A stretch of 64,000 nt of DNA from a virus, in the IMG/VR virus record IMGVR_UViG_3300042356_001708, positions 39,561 to 103,560 of that record. One strand, given 5' to 3'. The notes under the pieces were generated by a model, which ran no database searches, was not told the DNA's origin, and saw only the letters and a program-made list of their open reading frames with translations. Positions 29,801 through 39,213 of the stretch are shown piece by piece. The position numbers were made by a program, and so were the translations under genes. How positions within the stretch are numbered: the stretch's first letter is position 1; each line of letters starts with the position of its first letter.

Positions 29801-32800
29801 ACTCAAACTATAATGGTGGGTTATCAGGTAGTCAAACTACGTCAATAATTAACACACCTTATTTTGTAAATGCCATTTCAAAAGGGGTGGAAAAGTGGCA
29901 ATTAGGGGATGCTCATCCTTATAAAGCAGCTGCGTATCTTTTCCTAAACTCATTACCAATTGCAACCCTAAGGGAAAAATACCGTTCAAGAGAAAATGGG
30001 GTGGAAACCTCACTTGATTACATTTTTGCGGGTATGACTAAATTTGGAGGATTACATAAAGTACCATACGCCTTTATATTAAAAATTGGTTCAGTTTGGA
30101 ACAGATATAAAACATTTATTGAAACTGGAGTTGATTTTCTTGATGAAGTTTGGGATGATATTGATGTAAATAATATGTACGACCCAATTGGTAATAATCC
30201 ACAAACAACTTATCAATTTAATTATGGTTCAGGATTAAGAAAAATACAACTACAAACAACGCAAGAAATTAATGGGGTTGATACAACAATTATGAATGTT
30301 GGGTTTTATCCTAAATTGATTAATGATATTTCGTTATTTACAACAGGTCTTAATTTTTTAACAAATTACTCAAGTCAAGAAATTAATCAAAAAATACAAA
30401 GTGGAGATATAAGTGTTACCTATATGAATAATGACGGGGCCTCATTTACACTACCTGCGGGATATGATGATACTTTACCTAACCAAGCTTTAACTTTTAA
30501 TAGTTGGTCGGTAATTTTTAAAGACAATAATAGTGGAAGAAGTTATGTTGTTCCATCTGTTGGTGGACAACTTAATCAGGCTAAATATGATTGTTTAAAT
30601 ACACAATTAAATAAAGCTAAAAATAGTATACCAAACAATAGTTCGGTTTTTAATGGGTCGGCTAGAATGTTTTGGGCGGTGTCTCAATATGGGTATTTTA
30701 ATAATAATTTAATTACAAAACCGACACCAAAACAATGGATGAAAAAAATTAATAGTGATTCTGAAGACCAAATGGCTTTCCATTTGTCAAATCAATATTC
30801 ATCAATTGAAGATTTATTTGGAACATTCTCTAAAGAAGAATTGGACCAATTTGAAAACCACTTTTTAAATTTTAGTAAATCTGAATGGGAGTTTCAAATA
30901 TTAAAAAAACAAGAGACCAGTGTTGACACACAAGGAGTATTTAATGGAAATCAAGAAAATATTACGGTTAGTGAAGTCACTATTAGACAAACTATTAATA
31001 GAATACAAAATGTACCAAATAAAGAATATTTAAATTTCCAATTATTATTTAAAGAATTATTTGGATTTAATGGGTCAACAAACCCCAACGAGTTATTGAA
31101 ATTTTCAGAAAACTATAATACTCAGCTAAACAATTTTTTCACTAATTTCCAAGGGTTCATGAATTATGAAAAATTCATAAAAATTGGAAATCCATCAAAA
31201 TATGATAAAAGAGTATTTTATAGTTTTGCTTTGTCAACTGAGTTCTTTATTGAAGAACCATATACTTTTGGACAATATGAAATTGGTTCTTTACCATCAT
31301 TGAATGATACCACTACCTTAGCTCAATCCCAAGCATCTTTTCCTGAAACATGGAAAAAATTACAAATTTATGTTGGGTTTTCTGATTACCCTGGTATGGC
31401 ATATAGTAATAATTTTTCATATATAACTGATTTCTTTGTTGATAATAATGTGAGATTTTCTGAGGAAAATATTGAAATACTTGCACCACTTATCAAAATG
31501 TACGCAACGCAAAAACGTAATAACTCAATTTATAACGGTACAACATTCTTGGCAGATATTAGAAGTTATCTTAGAGAAACTCAAAATTATATGAATGTTG
31601 TGTTAAATTATTACTTGTTAAAAGCTAGAAATGAATTACCTAATGTTTCTGAAGTAAATGAAGCAACCCCTAAAGTTTCATATGATGGGGACCAAATGAA
31701 ATTTTTATTATATGATGATTTTAAGGCATTAAATGATACTTGGATTGCGGGTAATGATTATAGTGAAACTACATTATTTGAGGATTTTCTATTTTTAGAT
31801 AGAGCGAGTAGGGATATTGGTGACAAAATAATTGTGAATCCGTTTGAATTAAAAAACATGTTTAAGAATTTAAATAAATCGGCAAGTACTTTCACATTTA
31901 TTAATGGTATAATTATGGGACATAATATGTATACCATGATGATGCCTCAGTGGATTAATTTTTATAATGCTGATGAAGTTGCAACTCAAGACATACCAAG
32001 AGTAGATTCCACTTTAGAATTTGGAAATCAATTGTTTGGTACTTTTATGTCGGTAGATACCCGAAAAAGTTCACCAAAATTATTATGTATCTATAATGAT
32101 ACAAAATCTACGTATTTAGATATGGGTAATAATGATGATTACCGATATAAGTCAGATACATTTGAATTACGAAGAGCGTCAGACAATCCTTTAATTGAGA
32201 CATTACAGGGTAAGACGGATTATGCGAAATCAAATAGAGTAGTTGGGTTTAATGTTGACATTGGAATACGAAACCAAAATATATTCTCAACCTTTAATGT
32301 TAGTACTAATCCTGCTAAGATGACTAAAGAGGCTGCGGCAGCTCTTGACCAACAGATTAATCAGGCTTCAGGTAGAAAAACTATAACTCAAAATACGTCT
32401 CTTTGGAATTTTTATAGAAGTAGAAGTTATGAATGTTCGGTAACTTGTTTAGGTAATGCATTAATACAACCATTAATGTATTTTAACTTGAGACACGTTC
32501 CTATGTTTAATGGAACATATATGATTACTAAAGTTGAACACCAAATAAGTCCTGGTTCATTTAAAACCACTTTTGCTGGTAGTAGACAATCAATGTTCTC
32601 AATGCCACCAATTGATTCTTATGTTCAGGGTGCGATTAGGGAAATACTAGAAGATATTGTTGAAACAAGAAAACAAGAGGAAAATGCTGCGTCACAGATT
32701 AATAATCTCTCCAATAGTACTCAGGGTATTATTACGACAACAACAACTGCTGCCAATAATATAGACGGCTCAACAAAACCAATTACTCAAGAAATTAGTA

Positions 32801-33393
32801 ATACTGCCTCAAATAATGTTAATTGTGGTAATTTACTTAGTTCAAAGTTTAAAAATTATATATTTACTGGAGCTTCACAAACACAAGAACTTACACCTTC
32901 TATGTTACAACAAAAATTATCAGTTATAACAAATGAAAATGTTAGATGGTTAGTTTATAACACTATTTATGATTCAGAATCAAATGGAGCAAAAGGGTTT
33001 AATTATAATATAGGTAAGGTAAGATTAAATAGAGATTGGGGAGGAAATTTAGGTACCTTCTTTAATGAAACATATTATTGTCAACAAGATAGTAAGGGGA
33101 ACTCAATACCAATGGCATCTTTTGAAAGTTATGATAAGGCAATACAAATGATGGCAGCCTATTATAGTAATAGTGGTGGTAATTTAATAATACCTACAGA
33201 ATCTCAAATTCAAAGCGGGGAAATACCTGACGATTTCATAAATAATACTTTTTCAGAATATTCCAGGTTATGGCTGTCTATGACAGATAATCAGATTGAT
33301 TCTTTTAAGAGAGATAATAAAGATGTTTGGAATTTGTTTAAAAATGAAATTAAATCCGCATTAAAAAATGCTAAAGCATCAAGAGTTCTGTAA
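26845..33393 (+). CDS. Giant baseplate hub protein (gp27/gpD-like) with a possible C-terminal muralytic domain
   Basis: N-terminal LGIQSITI...F.DIRGRALF...FYLTIKGYLG; late CSVTCLGNALIQP..YF.L....FNGTYMITKVEHQI....FKTTF.G; follows the LysM-like gene. Confidence 0.65.
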   Translation: MVGKEKNILVEFDYENIILVDPNKTIDEEGNVGERFLPPENLVCYANLECNLFPRTRLALGLNGAATGELVNIASINFMKPGGGSSLTNEFYDEFTGENTIKGEGLNQPSEQGQKISSTDKPTEFYFQQQTINNKDTGLLGIQSITITNNWNQPTVRIKFVDIRGRALFEKGENSPYATFFNFPYPIFYLTIKGYLGQAVKLQLTLNKFNCSFNSTTGNYDIDTEFQAFKYNILTSIMMSHALATPYMYNKKYTVTPTITNSLAKLGTNVLTLNEAKGLQKIKEVYSEYKAKNLIPTDFPEITMQEMIERLTRLESYILKSFGQQDLSPLTDTDKYKRLVQEYEGDIQTYVGGNSWFNKYCDQNTYWILKDRDIKVYQLRPEYAFGGGILEAVKDLDTRLKTNKDKLLLNKTFGGTGEILIDGKKIVTKINPTGISIDDFLRNSKSENDINFQKTYEERTGKVATANDIAKLRIEYNTQVLLPLKALIQTTLEGGGNNQSSQQSQQQDGGGKKEITIELEKYGIKPESTPLFIIEGDNINSFESYIKKIYAQIDEKKKTIDDALNAALAEKIGKSEEGLGFQPTIRNVLAVIMASTEGFIRLMEDVHESAWNQRQNKYRLAAVLGDDKTAPSPDSKDSVRGADGNLIPVYPWPHYYVETNSDKGEKFELRYPGDSSVKSKTKGYIYQYWPEVEFVEEYLKGRLQIDTPPNNPQIVGNNAELINRASYNAIEYELSNVIMANKEEVKFFYEMYERMMLPFYYQRFNKPSFISSQSYLPIGDAEFINLQKSLGAGSPYLIQKIKEYNLNSNVYLNFLAGISNNGVGQSWQNYIRGYFNTPYIKAKVESPFVIYDFESFNTKVSVESPVTEDKISVYLQSTQNNEKNIVDVFPFAINGWNRNQMSYGIGSTNESIMNTSKTLFLYDTKNLVANFNNQNFASADKVKPVTNFLYLSEAGPIQPDVLDFKNFYRKFTDSRKMFTTQGAVEYSNYNGGLSGSQTTSIINTPYFVNAISKGVEKWQLGDAHPYKAAAYLFLNSLPIATLREKYRSRENGVETSLDYIFAGMTKFGGLHKVPYAFILKIGSVWNRYKTFIETGVDFLDEVWDDIDVNNMYDPIGNNPQTTYQFNYGSGLRKIQLQTTQEINGVDTTIMNVGFYPKLINDISLFTTGLNFLTNYSSQEINQKIQSGDISVTYMNNDGASFTLPAGYDDTLPNQALTFNSWSVIFKDNNSGRSYVVPSVGGQLNQAKYDCLNTQLNKAKNSIPNNSSVFNGSARMFWAVSQYGYFNNNLITKPTPKQWMKKINSDSEDQMAFHLSNQYSSIEDLFGTFSKEELDQFENHFLNFSKSEWEFQILKKQETSVDTQGVFNGNQENITVSEVTIRQTINRIQNVPNKEYLNFQLLFKELFGFNGSTNPNELLKFSENYNTQLNNFFTNFQGFMNYEKFIKIGNPSKYDKRVFYSFALSTEFFIEEPYTFGQYEIGSLPSLNDTTTLAQSQASFPETWKKLQIYVGFSDYPGMAYSNNFSYITDFFVDNNVRFSEENIEILAPLIKMYATQKRNNSIYNGTTFLADIRSYLRETQNYMNVVLNYYLLKARNELPNVSEVNEATPKVSYDGDQMKFLLYDDFKALNDTWIAGNDYSETTLFEDFLFLDRASRDIGDKIIVNPFELKNMFKNLNKSASTFTFINGIIMGHNMYTMMMPQWINFYNADEVATQDIPRVDSTLEFGNQLFGTFMSVDTRKSSPKLLCIYNDTKSTYLDMGNNDDYRYKSDTFELRRASDNPLIETLQGKTDYAKSNRVVGFNVDIGIRNQNIFSTFNVSTNPAKMTKEAAAALDQQINQASGRKTITQNTSLWNFYRSRSYECSVTCLGNALIQPLMYFNLRHVPMFNGTYMITKVEHQISPGSFKTTFAGSRQSMFSMPPIDSYVQGAIREILEDIVETRKQEENAASQINNLSNSTQGIITTTTTAANNIDGSTKPITQEISNTASNNVNCGNLLSSKFKNYIFTGASQTQELTPSMLQQKLSVITNENVRWLVYNTIYDSESNGAKGFNYNIGKVRLNRDWGGNLGTFFNETYYCQQDSKGNSIPMASFESYDKAIQMMAAYYSNSGGNLIIPTESQIQSGEIPDDFINNTFSEYSRLWLSMTDNQIDSFKRDNKDVWNLFKNEIKSALKNAKASRVL

Positions 33394-33432
33394 TTTCAGA
33401 TAATCAGTATATTTATATAAAAAAACAAAGTT

Positions 33433-33657
33433 ATGAGCTTACAATTAATTTTAGACAATTATCTTGGTAAAAGAACAAGATATTCAGAAAAAGATGCTGG
33501 AAACGGGTTCAAAGAGGTATGTGATTTAGACAGTGGAGATTGTTACACTGTTAGAATGAAAGATGGACTTATTGAAAGAGTAGATAACACAATGAGTGTT
33601 AATAAGAAAGTTAATGTTGAAACTCCAAACGGAATTAAAAGATTATTAAACGGATAA
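33433..33657 (+). CDS. Hypothetical protein (74 aa)
   Basis: Clean ORF, TATTTAT at 33410, A-rich leader. Confidence 0.7.
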   Translation: MSLQLILDNYLGKRTRYSEKDAGNGFKEVCDLDSGDCYTVRMKDGLIERVDNTMSVNKKVNVETPNGIKRLLNG

Positions 33658-33661
33658 TAAA

Positions 33662-34339
33662 ATGGCAATTGATAAAAAAATCATTTCTGAAATTAAGAGA
33701 TACAGAAGTATTAATCAATACTTAAATGAACAAGATGCTCTTCCACCTATAGAAGAGCCAATTCCTGGTGTAGGTGAAACACCACCAATTGGAGATACTG
33801 CAACACCACCTGCGGACCCAACTTTAGCCGGACCACCCGCACCTGCGGAACCTCAAGTTATTGATGTTGAGACAGATTCTGAAGTGGAAAAAATTGATGA
33901 CTCAGGTAAATCAGAAGAGGAAATGGATTCTGAAGAAACAGGTTCTGAGGAATTAGAGATAACTGATTTGGTAAATGCTCAGAAAGAAACTCAAACAAAA
34001 CAGGATGATTATTTTGGACAATTATTTGGACAACTTGAAGAATTAACATCTAAGTTGGCTGATATGGACCAAATCGTAGATAAAATAAATCAACTTGAAA
34101 TGAAAGTTGATAAAATGAGACCAAAAACTCCTGAAGAAAAATTAGAATTGAGAAGTTTAGATTCCTACCCATTTAATCAAAAATTAAGTGATTTTTTTGA
34201 AGATAAAGAAGAGGATTTAGAAAAAACTGGTAAAAACGAATACATTTTAACTTCTGATGAGGTTGAGGATTACTCTCCATCAGAAATTAAAAAAACATTC
34301 ATGCCACCGACTGACCAACAAGATTTGTACAAGATGTAA
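33662..34339 (+). CDS. Acidic, Pro-rich/coiled-coil protein, possibly head-associated
   Basis: Leader IISE...YLNEQ, Pro/Asp/Glu-rich tract, heptad region. Confidence 0.6.
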   Translation: MAIDKKIISEIKRYRSINQYLNEQDALPPIEEPIPGVGETPPIGDTATPPADPTLAGPPAPAEPQVIDVETDSEVEKIDDSGKSEEEMDSEETGSEELEITDLVNAQKETQTKQDDYFGQLFGQLEELTSKLADMDQIVDKINQLEMKVDKMRPKTPEEKLELRSLDSYPFNQKLSDFFEDKEEDLEKTGKNEYILTSDEVEDYSPSEIKKTFMPPTDQQDLYKM

Positions 34340-34370
34340 TTTGACTTTTGACTATTTTGGATTATATTTG
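34340..34370 (+). promoter_or_regulatory. Bacteroidota-type -33/-7 promoter for the SSB-RecA operon
   Basis: TTTG (34340-34343), 19-nt spacer, TATATTTG (34363-34370). Confidence 0.75.
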
Positions 34371-34403
34371 TTTTAATAATTAACTTTTTAAAACTTATAA
34401 TTT

Positions 34404-35249
34404 ATGTCATCAGTCTTAGATTCAGTTCTGGCACAGTACGAAAAATCAAAACAATCAGGCGGAGCGTCAAACAAAATGACGCAGGAAGAGCGAATGAAAA
34501 AGTATTTCGCAGCAATTCTTCCACAAAATCAATCATCGGCTCAAAAACGAGTTCGTATCCTTCCTACTAAGGACGGTAGTTCACCATTTGTTGAAGCGTG
34601 GTTTCACGAAGTTCAAATCGGAGGACAATGGAACAAGTTGTATGACCCAGGTAAAAACGACAATGAGGCAACACCTTTAACAGATGTTCATGATGCTCTT
34701 ATTAGTACAGGTAAAGATTCTGACAAAGAACTTGCTAAACAGTACAAAGCTCGTAAATTCTACATTGTTAAAGTTATTGACCGTGATAACGAAGCGGACG
34801 GACCAAAATTCTGGCGTTTCAAACACAACTATAAGAACGAAGGTGTTCTTGACAAAATCATTCCAATTTGGAAAGCAAAAGGAGATATTACAGACCCTGA
34901 AAAAGGACGTGACCTTATCATTGAATTAGCTAAAGCTAAAACTCCAAAAGGTAAGGAATATACAATCATCCAAACAGTTATGTATGATGATGCTACTCCA
35001 ATCCACACTGACGAGGCAACAGGTAAATCTTGGGTTAACGATGAGTTGACTTGGAGAGATGTTTACTCTAAAAAACCAACCGAATATCTTGAAGCAATTG
35101 CTCGTGGAGAAACTCCAAGATGGGATTCTGACAAAGGTGGTTATGTATATGGTAACAGTGAATCAGACGAAATGGTAATTGGTGGTGGTTCTACATCATA
35201 CACTGACCCACAAGCTGAGTCAGAACCTGATGGTGACTTACCATTCTAA
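34404..35249 (+). CDS. Single-stranded DNA-binding protein (T4 gp32-like)
   Basis: RVRILP, VKVIDRD...GPKFWRF, DITDPEKGRDL, acidic tail ending DLPF. Confidence 0.85.
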   Translation: MSSVLDSVLAQYEKSKQSGGASNKMTQEERMKKYFAAILPQNQSSAQKRVRILPTKDGSSPFVEAWFHEVQIGGQWNKLYDPGKNDNEATPLTDVHDALISTGKDSDKELAKQYKARKFYIVKVIDRDNEADGPKFWRFKHNYKNEGVLDKIIPIWKAKGDITDPEKGRDLIIELAKAKTPKGKEYTIIQTVMYDDATPIHTDEATGKSWVNDELTWRDVYSKKPTEYLEAIARGETPRWDSDKGGYVYGNSESDEMVIGGGSTSYTDPQAESEPDGDLPF

Positions 35250-35256
35250 TTTATAC

Positions 35257-35288
35257 GGATGGGCACTTGCATGGTGTCCATCCTTTTT
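35257..35288 (+). terminator. Intrinsic terminator after the SSB gene
   Basis: GGATGGGCAC-N7-GTGTCCATCC-TTTTT. Confidence 0.75.
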
Positions 35289-35324
35289 CATTTTCATACT
35301 AACAATTTAAACACATAGACATTT

Positions 35325-36317
35325 ATGGCTATAAAGAAAAAAGAATTCTCATTAGATGCGATTAAGGACAAATACTCCACAAAAACCAAATATAAAGAAA
35401 CAGACTTTTATGAAGTCGGTGAAGCTTTCCATAGTAGTTGCGGTTTACCTGGTCCTGCTTTGGGCAACATCAATATGTTCTTGGGGCACTCAAATTCTTC
35501 CAAAACGACGGCTCTTGTCAAAGCCGCTGTGTCTGCTCAGAAGAAGGGGCATTTGCCTGTTTTCATTATCACCGAGAAAAAATGGAGCTGGGACCACGCA
35601 GTTGAACTCGGTTTGGTGGCGGAGATGACCGACGGTGAATGGGACGGACAGTTCATATTCAACGACAACTTTGACTATATTGAACAAGTAACTGACTACA
35701 TTAATGAATTATTGGATGAACAAGAAAAGGGTAATATTCCTTATTCACTTTGTTTCCTTTGGGATTCAGTAGGTTCTATTCCTTGTAAGATGACCTTTGA
35801 TGGTAAAGGCGGTAAACAACATAATGCGTCGGTATTGGCAGATAAGATTGGTATGGGTATCCAAGCTCGTATTACTAAATCACGTAAGGAAGATTATCCG
35901 TATACAAATACAATGGTTGTAGTCAATCAACCTTGGGTTGAATTACCTGATAATCCATTTGGACAACCAACTATTAAAGCGAAGGGTGGTGAGGCACTTT
36001 GGTTAGCATCAGCTCTTGTATTCCTATTTGGTAATCAGAAAAATGCAGGTATTAATCACATTACGGCAACTAAAAATGGTAGAACAGTATCTTACGCTAT
36101 TAGAACTAAAATCTCTGTTCTAAAGAACCATATTAATGGATTAGGATATAAAGACGGTAAGATTATTGCAACACCGCAAGGATATATTGCTGACGATAAA
36201 GACGCTCTTGAAAAATACAAAAAAGAGTATTCACAATATTGGAACGCAATCCTTTCAGGTACAGGGGAAATTACCCTTGACGAGAATGAAGAAACTTTTG
36301 AAAACGAACAATTTTAA
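35325..36317 (+). CDS. recA: RecA/UvsX-like recombinase
   Basis: Walker A-like GHSNSSKTT, catalytic TE, Walker B FLWDSVG, VVNQ, KGGEAL, KN. Confidence 0.85.
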   Translation: MAIKKKEFSLDAIKDKYSTKTKYKETDFYEVGEAFHSSCGLPGPALGNINMFLGHSNSSKTTALVKAAVSAQKKGHLPVFIITEKKWSWDHAVELGLVAEMTDGEWDGQFIFNDNFDYIEQVTDYINELLDEQEKGNIPYSLCFLWDSVGSIPCKMTFDGKGGKQHNASVLADKIGMGIQARITKSRKEDYPYTNTMVVVNQPWVELPDNPFGQPTIKAKGGEALWLASALVFLFGNQKNAGINHITATKNGRTVSYAIRTKISVLKNHINGLGYKDGKIIATPQGYIADDKDALEKYKKEYSQYWNAILSGTGEITLDENEETFENEQF

Positions 36318-36327
36318 TTAGTTTTCA

Positions 36328-37332
36328 GTGAAAAAAACATTACTTGTTGACGGAAATAATCTGATGAAGATTGGGTTCCACGGAGTGAAAGATTACTTTC
36401 ATAATGGTGAACATATTGGAGCATTGTATCATTTTATGAATACTCTTCGTAAGTTCATTGACGAACAAAATTTTGACAAGGTAGTGGTATTTTGGGACGG
36501 TGAAGACTCCACGAGTTTGCGTGGGGTTCTTTATCCCCAATATAAACAAAATCGTAAATTAACGATGGAGGACGCAGTCTTTATGTCCTACCTAAAACAA
36601 AAAAATCGTATCAAACAATATCTTGAGGAAGTTTATATCAGACAACTTGAGATTAGTGGAAGAGAAGCTGATGACTTGATTGCCTATTATTGTCAAGTTT
36701 CTGAAAATGAGAACAAGTTAATTTTTTCTTCAGACAGGGACTTAACCCAACTTATTTCTGAAAAGGTGTCAGTATACTCACCATCACTTAAATCCACGTT
36801 TAAACACGGGGATAAGATTAAATTTGATAGTTTTGAATTCCCACACTATAATGTTAAAACTTTAAAAATATTAACAGGTGATAAATCTGATAACATAGAG
36901 GGTATATATTTGCTCGGAGAAAAAACATTAGTTAAATTTTTTCCTGAGATACTTGAAAAAGAAATTTCTTATAACGATATTTTAACAAAGGCTGAAGGTT
37001 TATTAAAGGAACAAAAAGATAATCAAACTTTAAAAAATCTTCTAACAGGTAAAACAAAATCAGGTATCTTTGAAAACGAATTTTTTATAGTAAATGAACA
37101 AATTGTTGATTTATCTAACCCTCTACTCACGGATGAGGACAAACAGGAAATTATTGAAATCGTTAACGAAACATTAGAGCAAGAAGGTAGAAGTTACAGA
37201 AACATTATTAAATATATGGTTGAAGATGGACTCTTCAAGTATCTACCTAAAGGTGATGACGCTTGGACATATTTCCTTAAACCATTTATGAAACTAACAA
37301 GAAAAGAAAAAAACAAACCAAAAAAAAGATAA
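36328..37332 (+). CDS. 5'-3' exonuclease/flap endonuclease (T4 RNase H-like)
   Basis: LLVDGNN, YKQNR, EADDLIA, SSDRDLTQL, GDKSDNIEGI..LGEKT. GTG start. Confidence 0.92.
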   Translation: MKKTLLVDGNNLMKIGFHGVKDYFHNGEHIGALYHFMNTLRKFIDEQNFDKVVVFWDGEDSTSLRGVLYPQYKQNRKLTMEDAVFMSYLKQKNRIKQYLEEVYIRQLEISGREADDLIAYYCQVSENENKLIFSSDRDLTQLISEKVSVYSPSLKSTFKHGDKIKFDSFEFPHYNVKTLKILTGDKSDNIEGIYLLGEKTLVKFFPEILEKEISYNDILTKAEGLLKEQKDNQTLKNLLTGKTKSGIFENEFFIVNEQIVDLSNPLLTDEDKQEIIEIVNETLEQEGRSYRNIIKYMVEDGLFKYLPKGDDAWTYFLKPFMKLTRKEKNKPKKR

Positions 37333-37335
37333 AAA

Positions 37336-37788
37336 ATGAATCAAAATGAAATGACAAAAATGGAGTTTTTGTTAACTCTAAATGACAACATCGTTGTTCA
37401 ACGTTTTTACAATGTCAGAGGGTATAACCCAAAGGCAAAAAACTCAATGGATGTTTATGACCAAGTTTATGACTTTACAGAAAGACTTCAAAAGTATTTG
37501 AAGATGAGGTCTGTGGATTATTTGCTTGAAAATGAATATCAAATATCTGAAGACCCACAAGTATTGGAAACTTCTTTTACTGATGGTCCCGAAAATTTTA
37601 ATATCTTTGTAAAAATTGACGGAGACATGATTCATCACAGACAATTTGATGCTAAGATTTACCCACCAAAAGTTAGATACACTGTTGATGTTAGATTCCT
37701 ATTGAAGGATTTACTCAGAGAATTGACAGAAATTTTTTCATCAAAAAATTTAACTTTAGATTACATGGGTGTTCGCTTGGCTCGTTAA
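37336..37788 (+). CDS. Hypothetical protein in the replication operon
   Basis: 150 aa, tightly packed between the exonuclease and helicase genes. Confidence 0.7.
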   Translation: MNQNEMTKMEFLLTLNDNIVVQRFYNVRGYNPKAKNSMDVYDQVYDFTERLQKYLKMRSVDYLLENEYQISEDPQVLETSFTDGPENFNIFVKIDGDMIHHRQFDAKIYPPKVRYTVDVRFLLKDLLRELTEIFSSKNLTLDYMGVRLAR

Positions 37789-37815
37789 TATTTATCAAAA
37801 AACCAACAGACACTT

Positions 37816-39189
37816 ATGAGTTCAGACAAGAATTTTGATTATTTAGGACAAACATTTCAGTTACAGTTACTGAATCAAATTATAACAGACAAGGACTTCT
37901 CACATTCAATTGTGGGGGTTCTTGAAGCTGGATATTTTGAAAACAAATATTATAAAATCATCATACAGATGATTAAGGAGTACTATTCTAAGTACGAAGC
38001 TAGCCCTAATTTTGAAACTCTGTCTCAAATCGCAAAAAGTGAAATTTCGCAAGAATTAGCAAGAAAAATTGTGTTAGATACGATAGGTGAGATTAAAATC
38101 GCACCTGACGAAGGTAAGTCATTCGTTCAAGAAAAGGCATTAAAATTCTGTAAACAACAAGAATTACAGAAGGTAATGGGTAAGGCTCAAAAAATCATTG
38201 ATTCAGGTGAGTTTGAGTCTTACGACCAACTTGAATCAATGGTAAGAGATGCGTTACAGGTAGGGAATGTAGACAGAGGAACAGAAAACGTATTTGATAA
38301 CCTTGATGACGTGTTATCTGACGATTACAGACATCCAATACCTATGGGTATACCAGGAATTGATAATCTATTAAAAGGTGGATTAGCAAAGGGGGAAATC
38401 GGAGTAATTTTAGCACCAACAGGTGTTGGTAAAACTACCGTAACTTCAAAAATTGCTAATCACGCTTTTAACATGGGGTTCAATGTTCTTCAAATATTTT
38501 TTGAGGACAATCCAAAGATTATCCAAAGAAAACATTTCACTATGTGGACAGGTATTGCTCCTGACAAATTAGGTGAACACAAAGAAGAAGTTTTGGAGAA
38601 AGTAAGAGTTATTAAGGAAACAATGCCAAATAAACTTTTACTAACTAAGTTACCTTCGGACACACTTACAATGTCCCAAATAAAAAGTCAGATTAGAAAA
38701 TTAATTGCTGATGGAACAAATATTGATGTAGTTATTTTGGATTACATTGATTGTGTAACCCCTGAAAAGGCATTAGAGGATGAATGGAAGAGTGAGGGTT
38801 CAGTAATGAGAGCATTTGAAGCAATGTGTCACGAACTGCACATCGCAGGTTGGACGGCAACTCAAGGTAATAGGAGTTCAATCTCGTCTGAGGTTGTTAC
38901 TACTGACCAAATGGGAGGTTCAATTAAGAAAGCTCAAGTTGGTCACGTTATTATCACAATTGCAAAATCTTTACAACAAAAAGAATTAAATTTGGCAACA
39001 ATTGCAATTACAAAGTCACGTATTGGTAAAGACGGGATTGTATTTGAAAATTGTAAATTTAATAATGAGTTGATGGAAATTGACACTGAAAGTTCTGTTA
39101 CTTTCTTAGGATTAGAAGAAAACAGAGAGCAACAGAAAAAAGACAGAATTAAAGAAGTTATGGAGAAAAGAAAACAACAACAAGCATAA
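37816..39189 (+). CDS. dnaB: Replicative DnaB-like helicase (T4 gp41-like)
   Basis: LAPTGVGKT, ILDYID, TATQGNR, KSRIG. Confidence 0.92.
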   Translation: MSSDKNFDYLGQTFQLQLLNQIITDKDFSHSIVGVLEAGYFENKYYKIIIQMIKEYYSKYEASPNFETLSQIAKSEISQELARKIVLDTIGEIKIAPDEGKSFVQEKALKFCKQQELQKVMGKAQKIIDSGEFESYDQLESMVRDALQVGNVDRGTENVFDNLDDVLSDDYRHPIPMGIPGIDNLLKGGLAKGEIGVILAPTGVGKTTVTSKIANHAFNMGFNVLQIFFEDNPKIIQRKHFTMWTGIAPDKLGEHKEEVLEKVRVIKETMPNKLLLTKLPSDTLTMSQIKSQIRKLIADGTNIDVVILDYIDCVTPEKALEDEWKSEGSVMRAFEAMCHELHIAGWTATQGNRSSISSEVVTTDQMGGSIKKAQVGHVIITIAKSLQQKELNLATIAITKSRIGKDGIVFENCKFNNELMEIDTESSVTFLGLEENREQQKKDRIKEVMEKRKQQQA

Positions 39190-39213
39190 TTATTAAAACA
39201 CAAAGTTATACAC

